The position numbers and the translations under genes are program-made. From NCBI GenBank assembly GCA_002482535.1, contig DLGE01000008.1, positions 15,157 to 79,156 of the forward strand: 64,000 nt of DNA. Reading direction: 5' to 3'. The notes under the pieces were generated by a model. That model was not told the origin of the DNA. It did no database searches and saw only the letters and a list, made by a program, of their open reading frames with translations. The first letter of the stretch is position 1. Each line of letters opens with the position of its first letter. This DNA comes from Peptococcaceae bacterium UBA7702. Its GTDB lineage: Bacteria; Bacillota; Dehalobacteriia; UBA7702. Shown here piece after piece: positions 9,317 to 21,140 of the stretch.

Positions 9317-10204
9317 TTATTCTTCTTTTAAAGCCTTCATGAGGTTTTGCATATCTTCGGGGAGGGAAGAGGAAACTTCCACCGCCCTGCCGTTTAACGT
9401 ATACCACAGCCTCGCGCAGTGGAGGGCCTGGCGGGAAATACGGTCCGTTTTGCCGCCGTAAAGACTGTCTCCGGCTAAGGGGTGGCCCAGGTGGGCCATA
9501 TGCACCCGGATCTGATGGGTGCGCCCTGTCTCTAATTTTAAGCGCAGGAAAGCGTGATCCTGATATTGTTCCACAACGCGGTAATGGGTGACGGAAGGCT
9601 GCCCGGTGGCATCTACCTTGCGCATGATGGTAGAACCCGCCACCCTTAACAGCGGCGCTTCTACGACACCGGCTTTTTCCGGGAAAACGCCCTCGGCGAG
9701 GGCGAGGTATTCCTTCTCCACACCGTGGGCCAGTTGTACGGCGGTGAGCTTATTTTTGGCGATCAGGCAAAGCCCCGTGGTATGACGGTCCAGACGCCCC
9801 AAGGGGCGAAAAGGCGTATCGGGATAACGGTAGGCGAAAAAATTGCCCAAGGCGTCGTCGAATTCTCTGGTGGCGGGATGGACGAGGATATCGTCGGGCT
9901 TATCAAAGATCACCACGTCCTCATCCTCGTAGACGATGGGGATACGCAAATTGCCGTTGCCGGTTAGGACGGGGACTTTGTCGGGAAAGTCGATTTCGAT
10001 CAGGTCGTTTTCGTGGACGGGATCGATGTTGCGGTGAAAAGTGCCGTTGACGGTGAGTCCCCCTGCCTGCTTGATTTTGATCAGCATCGTTTTGGAATAC
10101 CCCTGTTGCAAAAGGTATTCCCTGAGCGCCATACCGTCTTCTTCTTTGGTAATCAGGTATCGTTTCATGGTGAATATTCTAAGCGGTTTTTCCTCCGCTG
10201 TCAA
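9317..10204 (-). CDS. RluA-family (RluD-like) 23S rRNA pseudouridine synthase
   Basis: Catalytic motif GRLDRHTTG. The start is uncertain: TTG at 10204 or ATG at 10168, neither with a good RBS. Confidence 0.75.
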   Translation of the reverse strand: MTAEEKPLRIFTMKRYLITKEEDGMALREYLLQQGYSKTMLIKIKQAGGLTVNGTFHRNIDPVHENDLIEIDFPDKVPVLTGNGNLRIPIVYEDEDVVIFDKPDDILVHPATREFDDALGNFFAYRYPDTPFRPLGRLDRHTTGLCLIAKNKLTAVQLAHGVEKEYLALAEGVFPEKAGVVEAPLLRVAGSTIMRKVDATGQPSVTHYRVVEQYQDHAFLRLKLETGRTHQIRVHMAHLGHPLAGDSLYGGKTDRISRQALHCARLWYTLNGRAVEVSSSLPEDMQNLMKALKEE

Positions 10205-10292
10205 ATAACACCGATCGTTACCACGAAAACGGGGCAGACTGAAAAGAGGCCAAACAATTCATGTAACTCCTGCTCAGAACAGGCAAGAAAAA

Positions 10293-10310
10293 AGGTCAAA
10301 AAAAGTCAAA
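10293..10310 (+). promoter_or_regulatory. CtsR operator (heptad direct repeat)
   Basis: GGTCAAA-AAA-AGTCAAA matches the consensus RGTCAAANANRGTCAAA. It lies just upstream of the -35. Confidence 0.7.
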
Positions 10311-10318
10311 GAAAAGAC

Positions 10319-10347
10319 TTGATTTTTTTGAAAGAGCGTAGTACAAT
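10319..10347 (+). promoter_or_regulatory. sigma-A-like promoter of the ctsR operon
   Basis: TTGATT, 17-nt spacer, TACAAT. Confidence 0.6.
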
Positions 10348-10360
10348 AAAATATATAAAA

Positions 10361-10377
10361 GGTCAAATATGGTCAGA
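10361..10377 (+). promoter_or_regulatory. second CtsR operator
   Basis: GGTCAAA-TAT-GGTCAGA, one mismatch to consensus. It lies between the -10 and the RBS. Confidence 0.6.
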
Positions 10378-10391
10378 TAAGGAGCAGTCCC

Positions 10392-10859
10392 ATGAGTACC
10401 CTGGCAAATAAAATCGAGCGATACATCAAAGAAATGATGGAAACCGCGGAAAAAAACTGTCTGGAGTTGAAAAGAAAGGATCTGGCGGAAGTTTTTTCCT
10501 GTGTGCCGTCGCAGATCAACTACGTTTTAGAAACGCGGTTTCGGGATGAACAAGGTTATCATGTCATTTCCCGCCGCGGCGCCGGCGGCTATTTCCAGAT
10601 CATTCGTCTGGAGGTTGCCGACAACAAGGAGATGAAGAATCTCATCGCCGCTGTTTCCGAAACGGAAATGGATTTCAAACAGGCCGAAAGGTTTCTCGGG
10701 CGTCTCTTGGAGGAGGCTGTGATCCATAGAAACGAATATATGCTGATCATGTCTATGATCAACCATGAGTCGCTGGCTTCCGCCGCAGAAGCGGAAGACC
10801 GGGTGCGGGCGGCTATGATGAAGAACGTCTTAATAACGTTGTTACGCGCTGATTACTAA
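10392..10859 (+). CDS. ctsR: class III stress-gene repressor CtsR
   Basis: 155 aa, first gene of the ctsR-mcsA-mcsB-clpC order. Its own operators lie upstream. Confidence 0.85.
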   Translation: MSTLANKIERYIKEMMETAEKNCLELKRKDLAEVFSCVPSQINYVLETRFRDEQGYHVISRRGAGGYFQIIRLEVADNKEMKNLIAAVSETEMDFKQAERFLGRLLEEAVIHRNEYMLIMSMINHESLASAAEAEDRVRAAMMKNVLITLLRADY

Positions 10860-10875
10860 GTGAGGAGGGATATGG

Positions 10876-11376
10876 ATGCTATGTGAAAAATGCGGCATGA
10901 AACCTGCCGTGATGAAAATTGATTTGATTGTAAATAACGAAAAAAAAGCGCAGTATATCTGTGAAGACTGCGCCGAGGAAATGATGGGCACATATCTTTC
11001 CTTTGACGCGCTGAACCCTTTTTCCCTGCTCTCCGGCTTTTTCAACGCGTTTCCCGTAGAAAAGCACACGGAGGTGCAATGCCCTGTTTGTGGCACGACT
11101 TTCCGCCGCTTTATGGATCGGGGCCGCTTCGGCTGCGCCCACTGTTACGAAACCTTCGGCGGCCAGCTGGAGCCGATTTTTAAAAAGCTCCACTTCAGCA
11201 GCGAATACAAAGGGAAAACCCCGGAAGACACCCATCTCAAAATGCGTAAGGAAGAAGATCCGGTGGCCAAATTGGAACGGGAACTGAAGGAAGCCGTGGC
11301 CGTTGAAGATTACGAAACCGCCGCCAACCTCAAAAAGGAACTTGAGCGGAAGAGGGGGGATGGCGGCAATGAGTGA
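10876..11376 (+). CDS. mcsA: McsA (zinc-finger / UVR-motif activator of McsB)
   Basis: CxxC pairs (CEKCG, CEDCA, CPVCG, CAHCY) and a C-terminal UVR-like EDYETAANLKKELE. Confidence 0.8.
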   Translation: MLCEKCGMKPAVMKIDLIVNNEKKAQYICEDCAEEMMGTYLSFDALNPFSLLSGFFNAFPVEKHTEVQCPVCGTTFRRFMDRGRFGCAHCYETFGGQLEPIFKKLHFSSEYKGKTPEDTHLKMRKEEDPVAKLERELKEAVAVEDYETAANLKKELERKRGDGGNE

Positions 11377-12435
11377 GTATCGCGCCTTTAACAACATAAG
11401 TAGCTACTGGATGGAAGGAAAGGGCAGCGACTCCGATATCGTGATCAGCAGCCGGGTACGGCTGGCCCGCAACTCCCCGGAATACCCCTTCCCCGATCAT
11501 ATGACTTTGCAGCAGGAGCGTGACTTTCTCAACCGGGTGCAGGCGATTCCCAAAACGAAGGCCGGGAACCACCTGGAGGATTTGGAATTCATCGATCTTT
11601 CCTTGATTCCCAAAGAAGAAAAAATGGTCCTGGTGGAAAAGCATCAGATCAGCCCACAGCTTGCCCTTTCCCAGGGGGCCACGGGGATTTTGATCAATGC
11701 GGCGGAAACCCTTTCCGTGATGATCAACGAGGAGGACCATATTCGTATCCAAAGCATTTATCCCGGTCTTTCCGTGGATCAATGTTGGGAAAAAGCAGCT
11801 GCCGCCGATGAAATGATCTCCCGCTATGTGCCGCCGGCCTTTTCGCCGAAATGGGGCTATCTGACCAGTTGTCCCACGAACACCGGCACCGGTATGCGAG
11901 CCTCGGTGATGCTGCATTTGCCGGCTTTGGTCTATACGAAACAGGCCAAGAATACCTTGGACAGTCTCGGTAAATACGGTTTTACCTGCCGCGGGCTCTA
12001 CGGAGAAGGCACCGACGGCAAAGGCAACCTTTTTCAGATCTCTAATCAGATCACCATGGGCCTTTCGGAACAGGAGATCATCGAGGGCTTAAACGGCATT
12101 GTCGGTGAAATTGTCGCCAAAGAACGGGAAATGCGCAAAAGGCTTTTGGAGCGGGACCGGATCTTTTTGGAAGACCGGGTTTTCCGTGCTGAAGCGGTAC
12201 TGAAAAATGCCCGTCTTCTCGATAGCAACGAAGGGTTTACCCTTCTTTCGGCGTTGCGTTTGGGCAGTGACCTGAAACTGGTACAAGGGTATAGCGCCAA
12301 AGAATTCAATCAACTGCTCTTATTGATGCAGCCGGTAATATTGGAAAAAATGAATCGGAAAAAACTGACGAGAAATGAAATGATGAAATGTCGTGCGGAT
12401 CTGATCCGCAATAAATTGACTGGAGGTGATCGTTT

Positions 12436-12439
<4 letters not shown>
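11360..12439 (+). CDS. mcsB: protein arginine kinase McsB
   Basis: Guanido-kinase motif CPTNTGTGMRAS. The start (11360 or 11369) overlaps the end of mcsA. Confidence 0.85.
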
Positions 12440-14877
<2,438 letters not shown>

Positions 14878-14900
14878 GTATAAACGATAAAACAACGTTA

Positions 14901-14946
14901 AAAATAGGGAATCGCAGCCGGTTATCGGCTGCGATTCCCTATTTTA
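14901..14946. terminator. bidirectional intrinsic terminator
   Basis: AAAATAGGGAATCGCAGCCG..CGGCTGCGATTCCCTATTTT. It lies between convergent clpC and the XRE gene. Confidence 0.75.
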
Positions 14947-14962
14947 TTGTATTTCTGAATGT

Positions 14963-15199
14963 TTAATCCTCATCAAAATCTAAAAACTTATAGGCAGGAA
15001 CCTCTAAAATATCGGCAATGTCAAATAAAGTATCCAGGGATACCGTCCTGTCGATATTGGACGCCTCTACCGCCCCGATAAAAGCGAGGTTTTTATCAAG
15101 CCTTTCCGCCAGCTGTTCCTGGGTCATCCCTTTTAGCTTTCTGTAATAGCTGATTTTCAATCCCAATTTCCTGTATTTTGCCTGATGCACCGCTTTCAA
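14963..15199 (-). CDS. small XRE-family helix-turn-helix regulator
   Basis: HTH LKGMTQEQLAERLDKNLAFIGAVE. Proposed TTG start at 15199, 6 nt after GAGGGG; the longer ORF to 15301 overlaps the upstream gene. Confidence 0.6.
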   Translation of the reverse strand: MKAVHQAKYRKLGLKISYYRKLKGMTQEQLAERLDKNLAFIGAVEASNIDRTVSLDTLFDIADILEVPAYKFLDFDED

Positions 15200-15215
15200 T
15201 AGAATCCCCTCATTA

Positions 15216-16685
15216 TCACGCGGTTCTTTTTCCTGTTTTTTCTTCGTTTTCTGTGTCCACGGGATATAGTTTTGTGAAAAAATTCGAAGAGGGCGCAACA
15301 AATTTTAAAATAAAGTTAATGATAGGTTCGGGAAATTTATGCAGGTTGCGTATGAGGATTACAAAGCCTGTGAAAAGGACAAAAATGAGTCCGGCGATGC
15401 AATAGAGAACGTATGCGAAACGGGTGTCACCATCTTTGTCCGCAAGCTTGGCGTTTTCCAGAGAAAGATAAACGGCACCGTCGTGGCCAAGGCATTCCAC
15501 AATAACGAAGTAACTTTTATCTTCCGTATAATAACCGGTTATCTGAAAGGCTTCGCCGTGATAGAGCTTTTGAAAAAATTCATTTTGCTTGTTACCGTAT
15601 TCCTTAAAAGCGTTCATGAGGTATGGGATGTCGTTTCCGTCGCTGTACAGTTCCAGTTGGCTGAAACTGAACTGGGTAAAGATATCCTCGTCATTATAAA
15701 CCCTGGAAAAAATAACTGTTTGAGTCTCACAGGCTGATGTGTCCATTGGATCGAACTGAATTGTTACGCCAAGAAAAATCATATAAAAGATCAGGGCAAT
15801 GGCTGTAACTTTTGTTTGCTCCGGGTAAAGCAAATTTCCGTTAAAGAGATCCTTTCTTCTTTTATCGAGATCGATATCGTGTTCTTCGCTTAGCTGATTG
15901 ACATAATCCATCAATTCATCAATGCCCTTTAAATACATATCCAGGCTCAGTTTTTTATTGTCGAAGATCAATATTTCTCCTCCGCTGACCATGGTGACGC
16001 CGGTCAAATCAGCAAATTGATATGTTTTTTCCTTGCCAAGGGGATTTCGACAAATCAGAACTTCTTTATTATAGCGAATGGAACTGTTTTTCCAGTATAT
16101 GCAAAAAAAACCGCCGCAAAGCGCGAAAATGCTAAAAACAACACGTGTCGTAAAATCATCAACGCCGATCATAATGGATATGCTGGGGAAAAGAAAGGCC
16201 AGGCCAAGCAGAAGAGGAAAAAGACCGTCCCGCAAAACGATATATTCGTTCATATCTCTTTGCGTTTTGATTCCCCGTTTTTTGTCGGCGTATTCCTGAA
16301 AATAGCGGTATTGATTGTTTTTGGTGTTGACATAGATGCTTCTGCCTTCGACGATGATTTTACCGAAACGGGTTCCGGGAATGATCTCGATGATGTCTTC
16401 ATAGGCATAATCGTATGTTTTCCCCCGTGCCGAACGGAAGGCAAAACCTTCGGCGTCAAAGGTGACGCGGTAAAAAGCATAAAGCCCCAGAGCCAGCAGC
16501 ATCGGTATGATAAAGAGAATGCCCACGACAATGATACCGGGCATGTTTTGATTGGCGATCATCATGGATAACAAAATGATGCCGAGAAGTGTGTCAAAAA
16601 GCGGGTAGAGCAAAAGAATTGCCGGCAGGCGCAGGGTATATTTTTGTTCTTGAAAGTAGTGGTCCTTCATCGTTCTTTTATCCAA
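15216..16685 (-). CDS. polytopic membrane protein with internally duplicated (2 TM + beta-rich) modules; unknown function
   Basis: 489 aa in an AT-rich patch. About 6 TM helices. Repeat signature RSARGKTYDYAYEDI / RNPLGKEKTYQFADL. Confidence 0.6.
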   Translation of the reverse strand: MDKRTMKDHYFQEQKYTLRLPAILLLYPLFDTLLGIILLSMMIANQNMPGIIVVGILFIIPMLLALGLYAFYRVTFDAEGFAFRSARGKTYDYAYEDIIEIIPGTRFGKIIVEGRSIYVNTKNNQYRYFQEYADKKRGIKTQRDMNEYIVLRDGLFPLLLGLAFLFPSISIMIGVDDFTTRVVFSIFALCGGFFCIYWKNSSIRYNKEVLICRNPLGKEKTYQFADLTGVTMVSGGEILIFDNKKLSLDMYLKGIDELMDYVNQLSEEHDIDLDKRRKDLFNGNLLYPEQTKVTAIALIFYMIFLGVTIQFDPMDTSACETQTVIFSRVYNDEDIFTQFSFSQLELYSDGNDIPYLMNAFKEYGNKQNEFFQKLYHGEAFQITGYYTEDKSYFVIVECLGHDGAVYLSLENAKLADKDGDTRFAYVLYCIAGLIFVLFTGFVILIRNLHKFPEPIINFILKFVAPSSNFFTKLYPVDTENEEKTGKRTA

Positions 16686-16996
16686 TCAGTGCAACGTTAG
16701 TGGTGATGGAAAAGAGTGGAACCATGGCGCCTCCGCTTTTCCCTGCGCCATGTGTTATTTTATGCGGTGCTGTTTTTTTCGTTTTCCACGCTCTTCTTTG
16801 GCGGTAAAATTACTATCTGTGGATAAATTATATTCCTAAGGTGAACAAAAATCAATCAAATCTTATATTACGTTGTAATCCGATGATATGCAGGGAGAAT
16901 TATTTCGTTATTTTACAAATATACGGGGCAAAATCCTTTTATTTTCACAACTTATATTGTATAATAATTATGAGAAAGTCTATTTCGGAGTATAAA

Positions 16997-18367
16997 ATGG
17001 CAAAAAAAGCGAAGGTCGTCTACGTTTGTGATCACTGTGGCTATGAATCGGTGAAATGGTTGGGCTGCTGTCCTGTCTGTAATGAATGGAATACTTTTGC
17101 AGAGCAGAAAATCGCGCCGGCGGTAAAAGGCGTGATGAGGGAGTCACCTACCCAAAGCGAAGCCCGCAGCGTCAAAGAGATCGCCCTTCATGAAGGAGAG
17201 CGCGTGAGCCTGAAAGATGATGAGCTCGACTTGATCTTTGGCGGCGGCATTGTCGCGGGTTCGGTGATTCTTTTAGGAGGGGAGCCGGGCATCGGCAAAA
17301 GCACGCTTTTAACCCAGATCGCCTCTATTTTTGCTACCCATTATGGCAGGGTGCTTTACGCCACAGGGGAAGAATCCGTAAAACAGGTGCGCCTGCGGGC
17401 CATGCGTTTGGATGCCGAAAGAGACGATTTCTACTTGCTCGCCGAAAACAATCTCTCCGTGGTTTTTGAAAACGTCGGCAAGGTCGCGCCGAAACTGCTG
17501 ATCATCGACTCCATTCAAACCCTTTACGACGACGCCCTGGATTCCATTTCCGGCAGCGTCGGTCAAATCAGGGAATGCACCGCGCAACTGTTGCAACTGG
17601 CTAAGAGGGAGCAGCTCACGGTGATGATCGCCGGTCATGTAACGAAAGAGGGGGTCATTGCCGGTCCCCGCCTGCTGGAACATATGGTGGATGTCGTCAT
17701 GTACTTCGAGGGCCGCCGCTATCAGGATTACCGTATTTTGCGGGGTGTGAAAAACCGCTTCGGTTCCACCAATGAAGTGGCGCTTTTGGAAATGACGGAA
17801 AAAGGCCTGCTGCCCTTTCACAATCCCTCGGCCCTGTTTTTGGCGGAACGGGCCGCCGCTGCCCCAGGCAGCGCCGTCGGCGCCGTCATGGAGGGAACCC
17901 GGCCCTTTCTCGTAGAATTTCAGGCCCTTGTGACCAAAACCAGCTTCGGCAATCCCCGAAGATTGGCCACGGGCATCGAATACAACCGTCTTTTGCTGAT
18001 CATCGCCGTTTTGGAAAAAGTACTCGGCCTGGCTCTGGGCTATCAGGATGTATACGTCAATGTTGCCGGCGGCTTAAAGATCGACGACCCCGCCTCTGAT
18101 TTGGCGGTGGCCGCCGCTGTGGTTTCCAGTTTTCGCAATATTCCGTTAAAGGGAAATACGGTGTTACTGGGGGAAGTCGGCCTCAGCGGTGAACTGCGCA
18201 GTGTCGGTGAGGCGGAGAAACGGTTGCGGGAAGGACTGAAATTTGGCTTCAAACGGTTTATGATACCGTCGTTTCTATACGAAAAGAGAGACTTCACCGG
18301 TATTGACGATAAGGCGGAAATCATCCGCGTATCATCGCTCCGGGAAGCCCTGCAACATATTTTTTAA
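16997..18367 (+). CDS. radA: DNA repair protein RadA/Sms
   Basis: Zinc finger CDHCGYESVKWLGCCPVC, Walker A GEPGIGKST, KNRFG motif, Lon-like C-terminus. Confidence 0.9.
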   Translation: MAKKAKVVYVCDHCGYESVKWLGCCPVCNEWNTFAEQKIAPAVKGVMRESPTQSEARSVKEIALHEGERVSLKDDELDLIFGGGIVAGSVILLGGEPGIGKSTLLTQIASIFATHYGRVLYATGEESVKQVRLRAMRLDAERDDFYLLAENNLSVVFENVGKVAPKLLIIDSIQTLYDDALDSISGSVGQIRECTAQLLQLAKREQLTVMIAGHVTKEGVIAGPRLLEHMVDVVMYFEGRRYQDYRILRGVKNRFGSTNEVALLEMTEKGLLPFHNPSALFLAERAAAAPGSAVGAVMEGTRPFLVEFQALVTKTSFGNPRRLATGIEYNRLLLIIAVLEKVLGLALGYQDVYVNVAGGLKIDDPASDLAVAAAVVSSFRNIPLKGNTVLLGEVGLSGELRSVGEAEKRLREGLKFGFKRFMIPSFLYEKRDFTGIDDKAEIIRVSSLREALQHIF

Positions 18368-18385
18368 GGTTAGGAAGGTGTGTAC

Positions 18386-19486
18386 ATGTTAGGTCTCACG
18401 CGCTGGAGAAAAGAAATGTGGTCTACCCTGAAAATGGTAGCCCCGGGGACACTGCTGAGAGAAGGCATTGAAAATGTGTTAAAGGCTAAAACTGGCGGTT
18501 TGATCGTGCTATGCGATGATCCTGAAGTGCGAAAAATCGCCGAAGGTGGATTCACCATCAATGAGGAAATGAACCCCGCCCGCCTCTACGAACTGGCTAA
18601 AATGGACGGCGCCATCATCCTTGACGAAAAAGGTAAAAATATTTGGAAAGCCAATGTGCAGCTGCATCCCATCGTGAATATGCCGGTACAGGAAACGGGG
18701 ATCCGCCACCGCATCGCCGCCAGAACGGCGATTCAGACCGATGCCATTGTCATCGCGATCTCCCAACGCAGATCAATGCTGACCCTGTATAAAGGAAGAG
18801 AACGGTTCGTCATCGCCGATCCTGCCGGTTTGATGGCCAAAGCCAATCAGGCCCTTAGGACCCTGGAACGGTATTGTGCCGAACAGCAGGAAGATTTTAC
18901 CAACCTGAGTGATCTCGAATTTGAAGATACAGCCCTCGTCAACGACGTGGTTAAAGTTGTGCAGCGCTCTGAGATGGTAAAGCGCATTGCCGAAGAGCTC
19001 GATTTCTATTTGCTGCAAATGGGGGACGAGGGCGCCTTGGTGGAAATTCAAAAAGAGGAAATCACTGCCGGCGCCATGGCGGAATACCATGATTTGCTGG
19101 TGGATTACGCTCCCAAAGATGATAAACGCTCCGTCACCGGGTTGGAAAAGAAAATCGCGGAACTGGAAGACAGCGATTTGTTCGATAATATCACCTTGGC
19201 TCGTACCTTGGGTTTTGGCTCCGGTAACGAGGTTCTCGACATGGCGGTGATGCCCAGGGGATACCGGATGTTAGGCAAGGTGCCGCGGCTGCCCCAACCC
19301 ATTGTTGCCAATATCGTTGAGCATTTTCACAGTGATTTTCGCAGTCTGCGCGAAGCCACCGTGGAATCCCTTGATGAAGTGGAGGGCGTTGGCCGCGTGC
19401 GCTCCAATATGATCTTTCGCAGCTTTGCGCGACAGAAAAACCTGGCCGGCACAGTGATGAACCGCCGGGGTGAACCGCGCTTTTAA
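18386..19486 (+). CDS. disA: DNA integrity scanning protein DisA (diadenylate cyclase)
   Basis: N-terminal DAC region LKMVAPGTLLREGIENVLKAKTGGLIVL and a C-terminal HhH. ATG lies 7 nt after AGGAAGG. Confidence 0.85.
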   Translation: MLGLTRWRKEMWSTLKMVAPGTLLREGIENVLKAKTGGLIVLCDDPEVRKIAEGGFTINEEMNPARLYELAKMDGAIILDEKGKNIWKANVQLHPIVNMPVQETGIRHRIAARTAIQTDAIVIAISQRRSMLTLYKGRERFVIADPAGLMAKANQALRTLERYCAEQQEDFTNLSDLEFEDTALVNDVVKVVQRSEMVKRIAEELDFYLLQMGDEGALVEIQKEEITAGAMAEYHDLLVDYAPKDDKRSVTGLEKKIAELEDSDLFDNITLARTLGFGSGNEVLDMAVMPRGYRMLGKVPRLPQPIVANIVEHFHSDFRSLREATVESLDEVEGVGRVRSNMIFRSFARQKNLAGTVMNRRGEPRF

Positions 19487-19537
19487 AGCGCAATGAGGCG
19501 CCTTGAGCCTTTATTTTTCAGGAAAGGAGGTGAGAAT

Positions 19538-20605
19538 ATGAAGTATTTTCGCGCATTTTTCTACGTTTTGCTTGTCGTTGGCTTTATGCTGATTTCCTAT
19601 TTTATTACCGCATTTATTCTTGATTCCATGGATATCGCGCTGTTTTCTTTGACCTGGTTTACGGCGATGGTTGTTGTGATTATCCTGGTCGGCGTAACCA
19701 TGTCGCTGCTGGCGCCGTATATCGTTGCTTGGTTCCTTTGGGTCATCAATGAATTCACCCTTAGCGTCAGCACCAAATCCATAAAGGAATTGATCAGCGG
19801 CACCATAGGCCTGATTGCCGGCCTGACCATTGCTGCTTTGATCAGTATCCCCCTAAAATCACTGCCCTTTGGCGGTTTCATATCTGTCCTTTTACTTATT
19901 TTTTTCGGCTATGCCGGGATGCAAGTCGGGATGCGTAAAAACGAGGACGTCGGCAAGATCCTGCGGATGGCTCCCCCTGCCGATAAAAAGCAGGCAAGGG
20001 TGGCAAAAAAGGTATATCTCGGGATTCTTGACACCAGCGCCATCATTGATGGACGCTTTGCCGATGTTTATCGCACCGGTTTCTTGGAGGGCAGCTTTAT
20101 TCTGCCCAACTTCGTCCTTGACGAGTTGAAACGGGTGGCGGACGCCTCCGATCCGATGAAAAAAGAACGGGGTCGCAGAGGTCTCAATATTTTAAACGAG
20201 CTCAAAGAAGAAAACAAAGACGCTTATATGATGGTAAACAAGGATTATGAAGATATCAAAGAGGTCGATACGAAGATCATTCGTCTCGCCGTTGATATGA
20301 AAACTCGCATCTTTACCAATGATTACAATTTAAACCGTATGGCAAAAGTGCAAAATGTCACGGTGCTCAACATCAATGATTTGGCCAATGCTTTAAAAAG
20401 TGTGGTGCTGCCGGGAGAAGAGCTGACGGCCCACATCATCCGGGAAGGGAAAGAAGCCAATCAAGGGGTTGCCTATCTTGACGACGGCACCATGATCGTG
20501 GTGGAGGACGGCAAAAAGTATGTCGGTCTTACCCTCCATGTGGAAGTGACCAGTGCTTTGCAAACAGCAAACGGCAAAATGATTTTTGCCAAACCGAAAG
20601 TATAA
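19538..20605 (+). CDS. yacL: PIN/TRAM domain membrane protein YacL
   Basis: N-terminal TM helices, PIN motif [11 protein letters not shown] and a C-terminal TRAM-like region. Canonical position after disA. Confidence 0.75.
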   Translation: MKYFRAFFYVLLVVGFMLISYFITAFILDSMDIALFSLTWFTAMVVVIILVGVTMSLLAPYIVAWFLWVINEFTLSVSTKSIKELISGTIGLIAGLTIAALISIPLKSLPFGGFISVLLLIFFGYAGMQVGMRKNEDVGKILRMAPPADKKQARVAKKVYLGILDTSAIIDGRFADVYRTGFLEGSFILPNFVLDELKRVADASDPMKKERGRRGLNILNELKEENKDAYMMVNKDYEDIKEVDTKIIRLAVDMKTRIFTNDYNLNRMAKVQNVTVLNINDLANALKSVVLPGEELTAHIIREGKEANQGVAYLDDGTMIVVEDGKKYVGLTLHVEVTSALQTANGKMIFAKPKV

Positions 20606-20651
20606 GGGTAAAAGTAAGGGAAACAGTAAAAGGAAAAAGGAGGAATTGCTT

Positions 20652-21140
20652 ATGCGGATCGGCTCCGGTTTCGATGTGCACCAACTGGCAACAGGCCGTC
20701 CTCTGATCATAGGCGGTGTGCGGTTGGAACATGAAAAAGGACTGTTGGGACATTCTGATGCCGACGTCTTGATCCACGCCTTGATGGACGCGATTTTGGG
20801 CGCTCTCGCCCTGGGCGACATCGGGGAGCATTTTCCTTCTGATGACCGGCGATATCTTAATGCTGACAGCATGGCCCTGTTGGCAGAGGTCGTTAAAATG
20901 ATGGAGAGAGCAGGTTACAGTATCGGCAATGCCGATCTGACCATTATTGCGGAAAAGCCGAAAATGGCACCGCATATTCTGTCCATGCGACAGAGGATCG
21001 CTGCGGCGCTGAAAACAGAAATCAATTGCATCAGCGTGAAAGCAACGACGACAGAACGTCTCGGTTTTATCGGCAACGCAGAAGGTATCGCCGCCTTCGC
21101 TTCGGTATTACTGGAAGAGACAAAAGGAGGCAAAAAATGA
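20652..21140 (+). CDS. ispF: 2-C-methyl-D-erythritol 2,4-cyclodiphosphate synthase
   Basis: Motifs GSGFDVHQL and [12 protein letters not shown]. Confidence 0.9.
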   Translation: MRIGSGFDVHQLATGRPLIIGGVRLEHEKGLLGHSDADVLIHALMDAILGALALGDIGEHFPSDDRRYLNADSMALLAEVVKMMERAGYSIGNADLTIIAEKPKMAPHILSMRQRIAAALKTEINCISVKATTTERLGFIGNAEGIAAFASVLLEETKGGKK

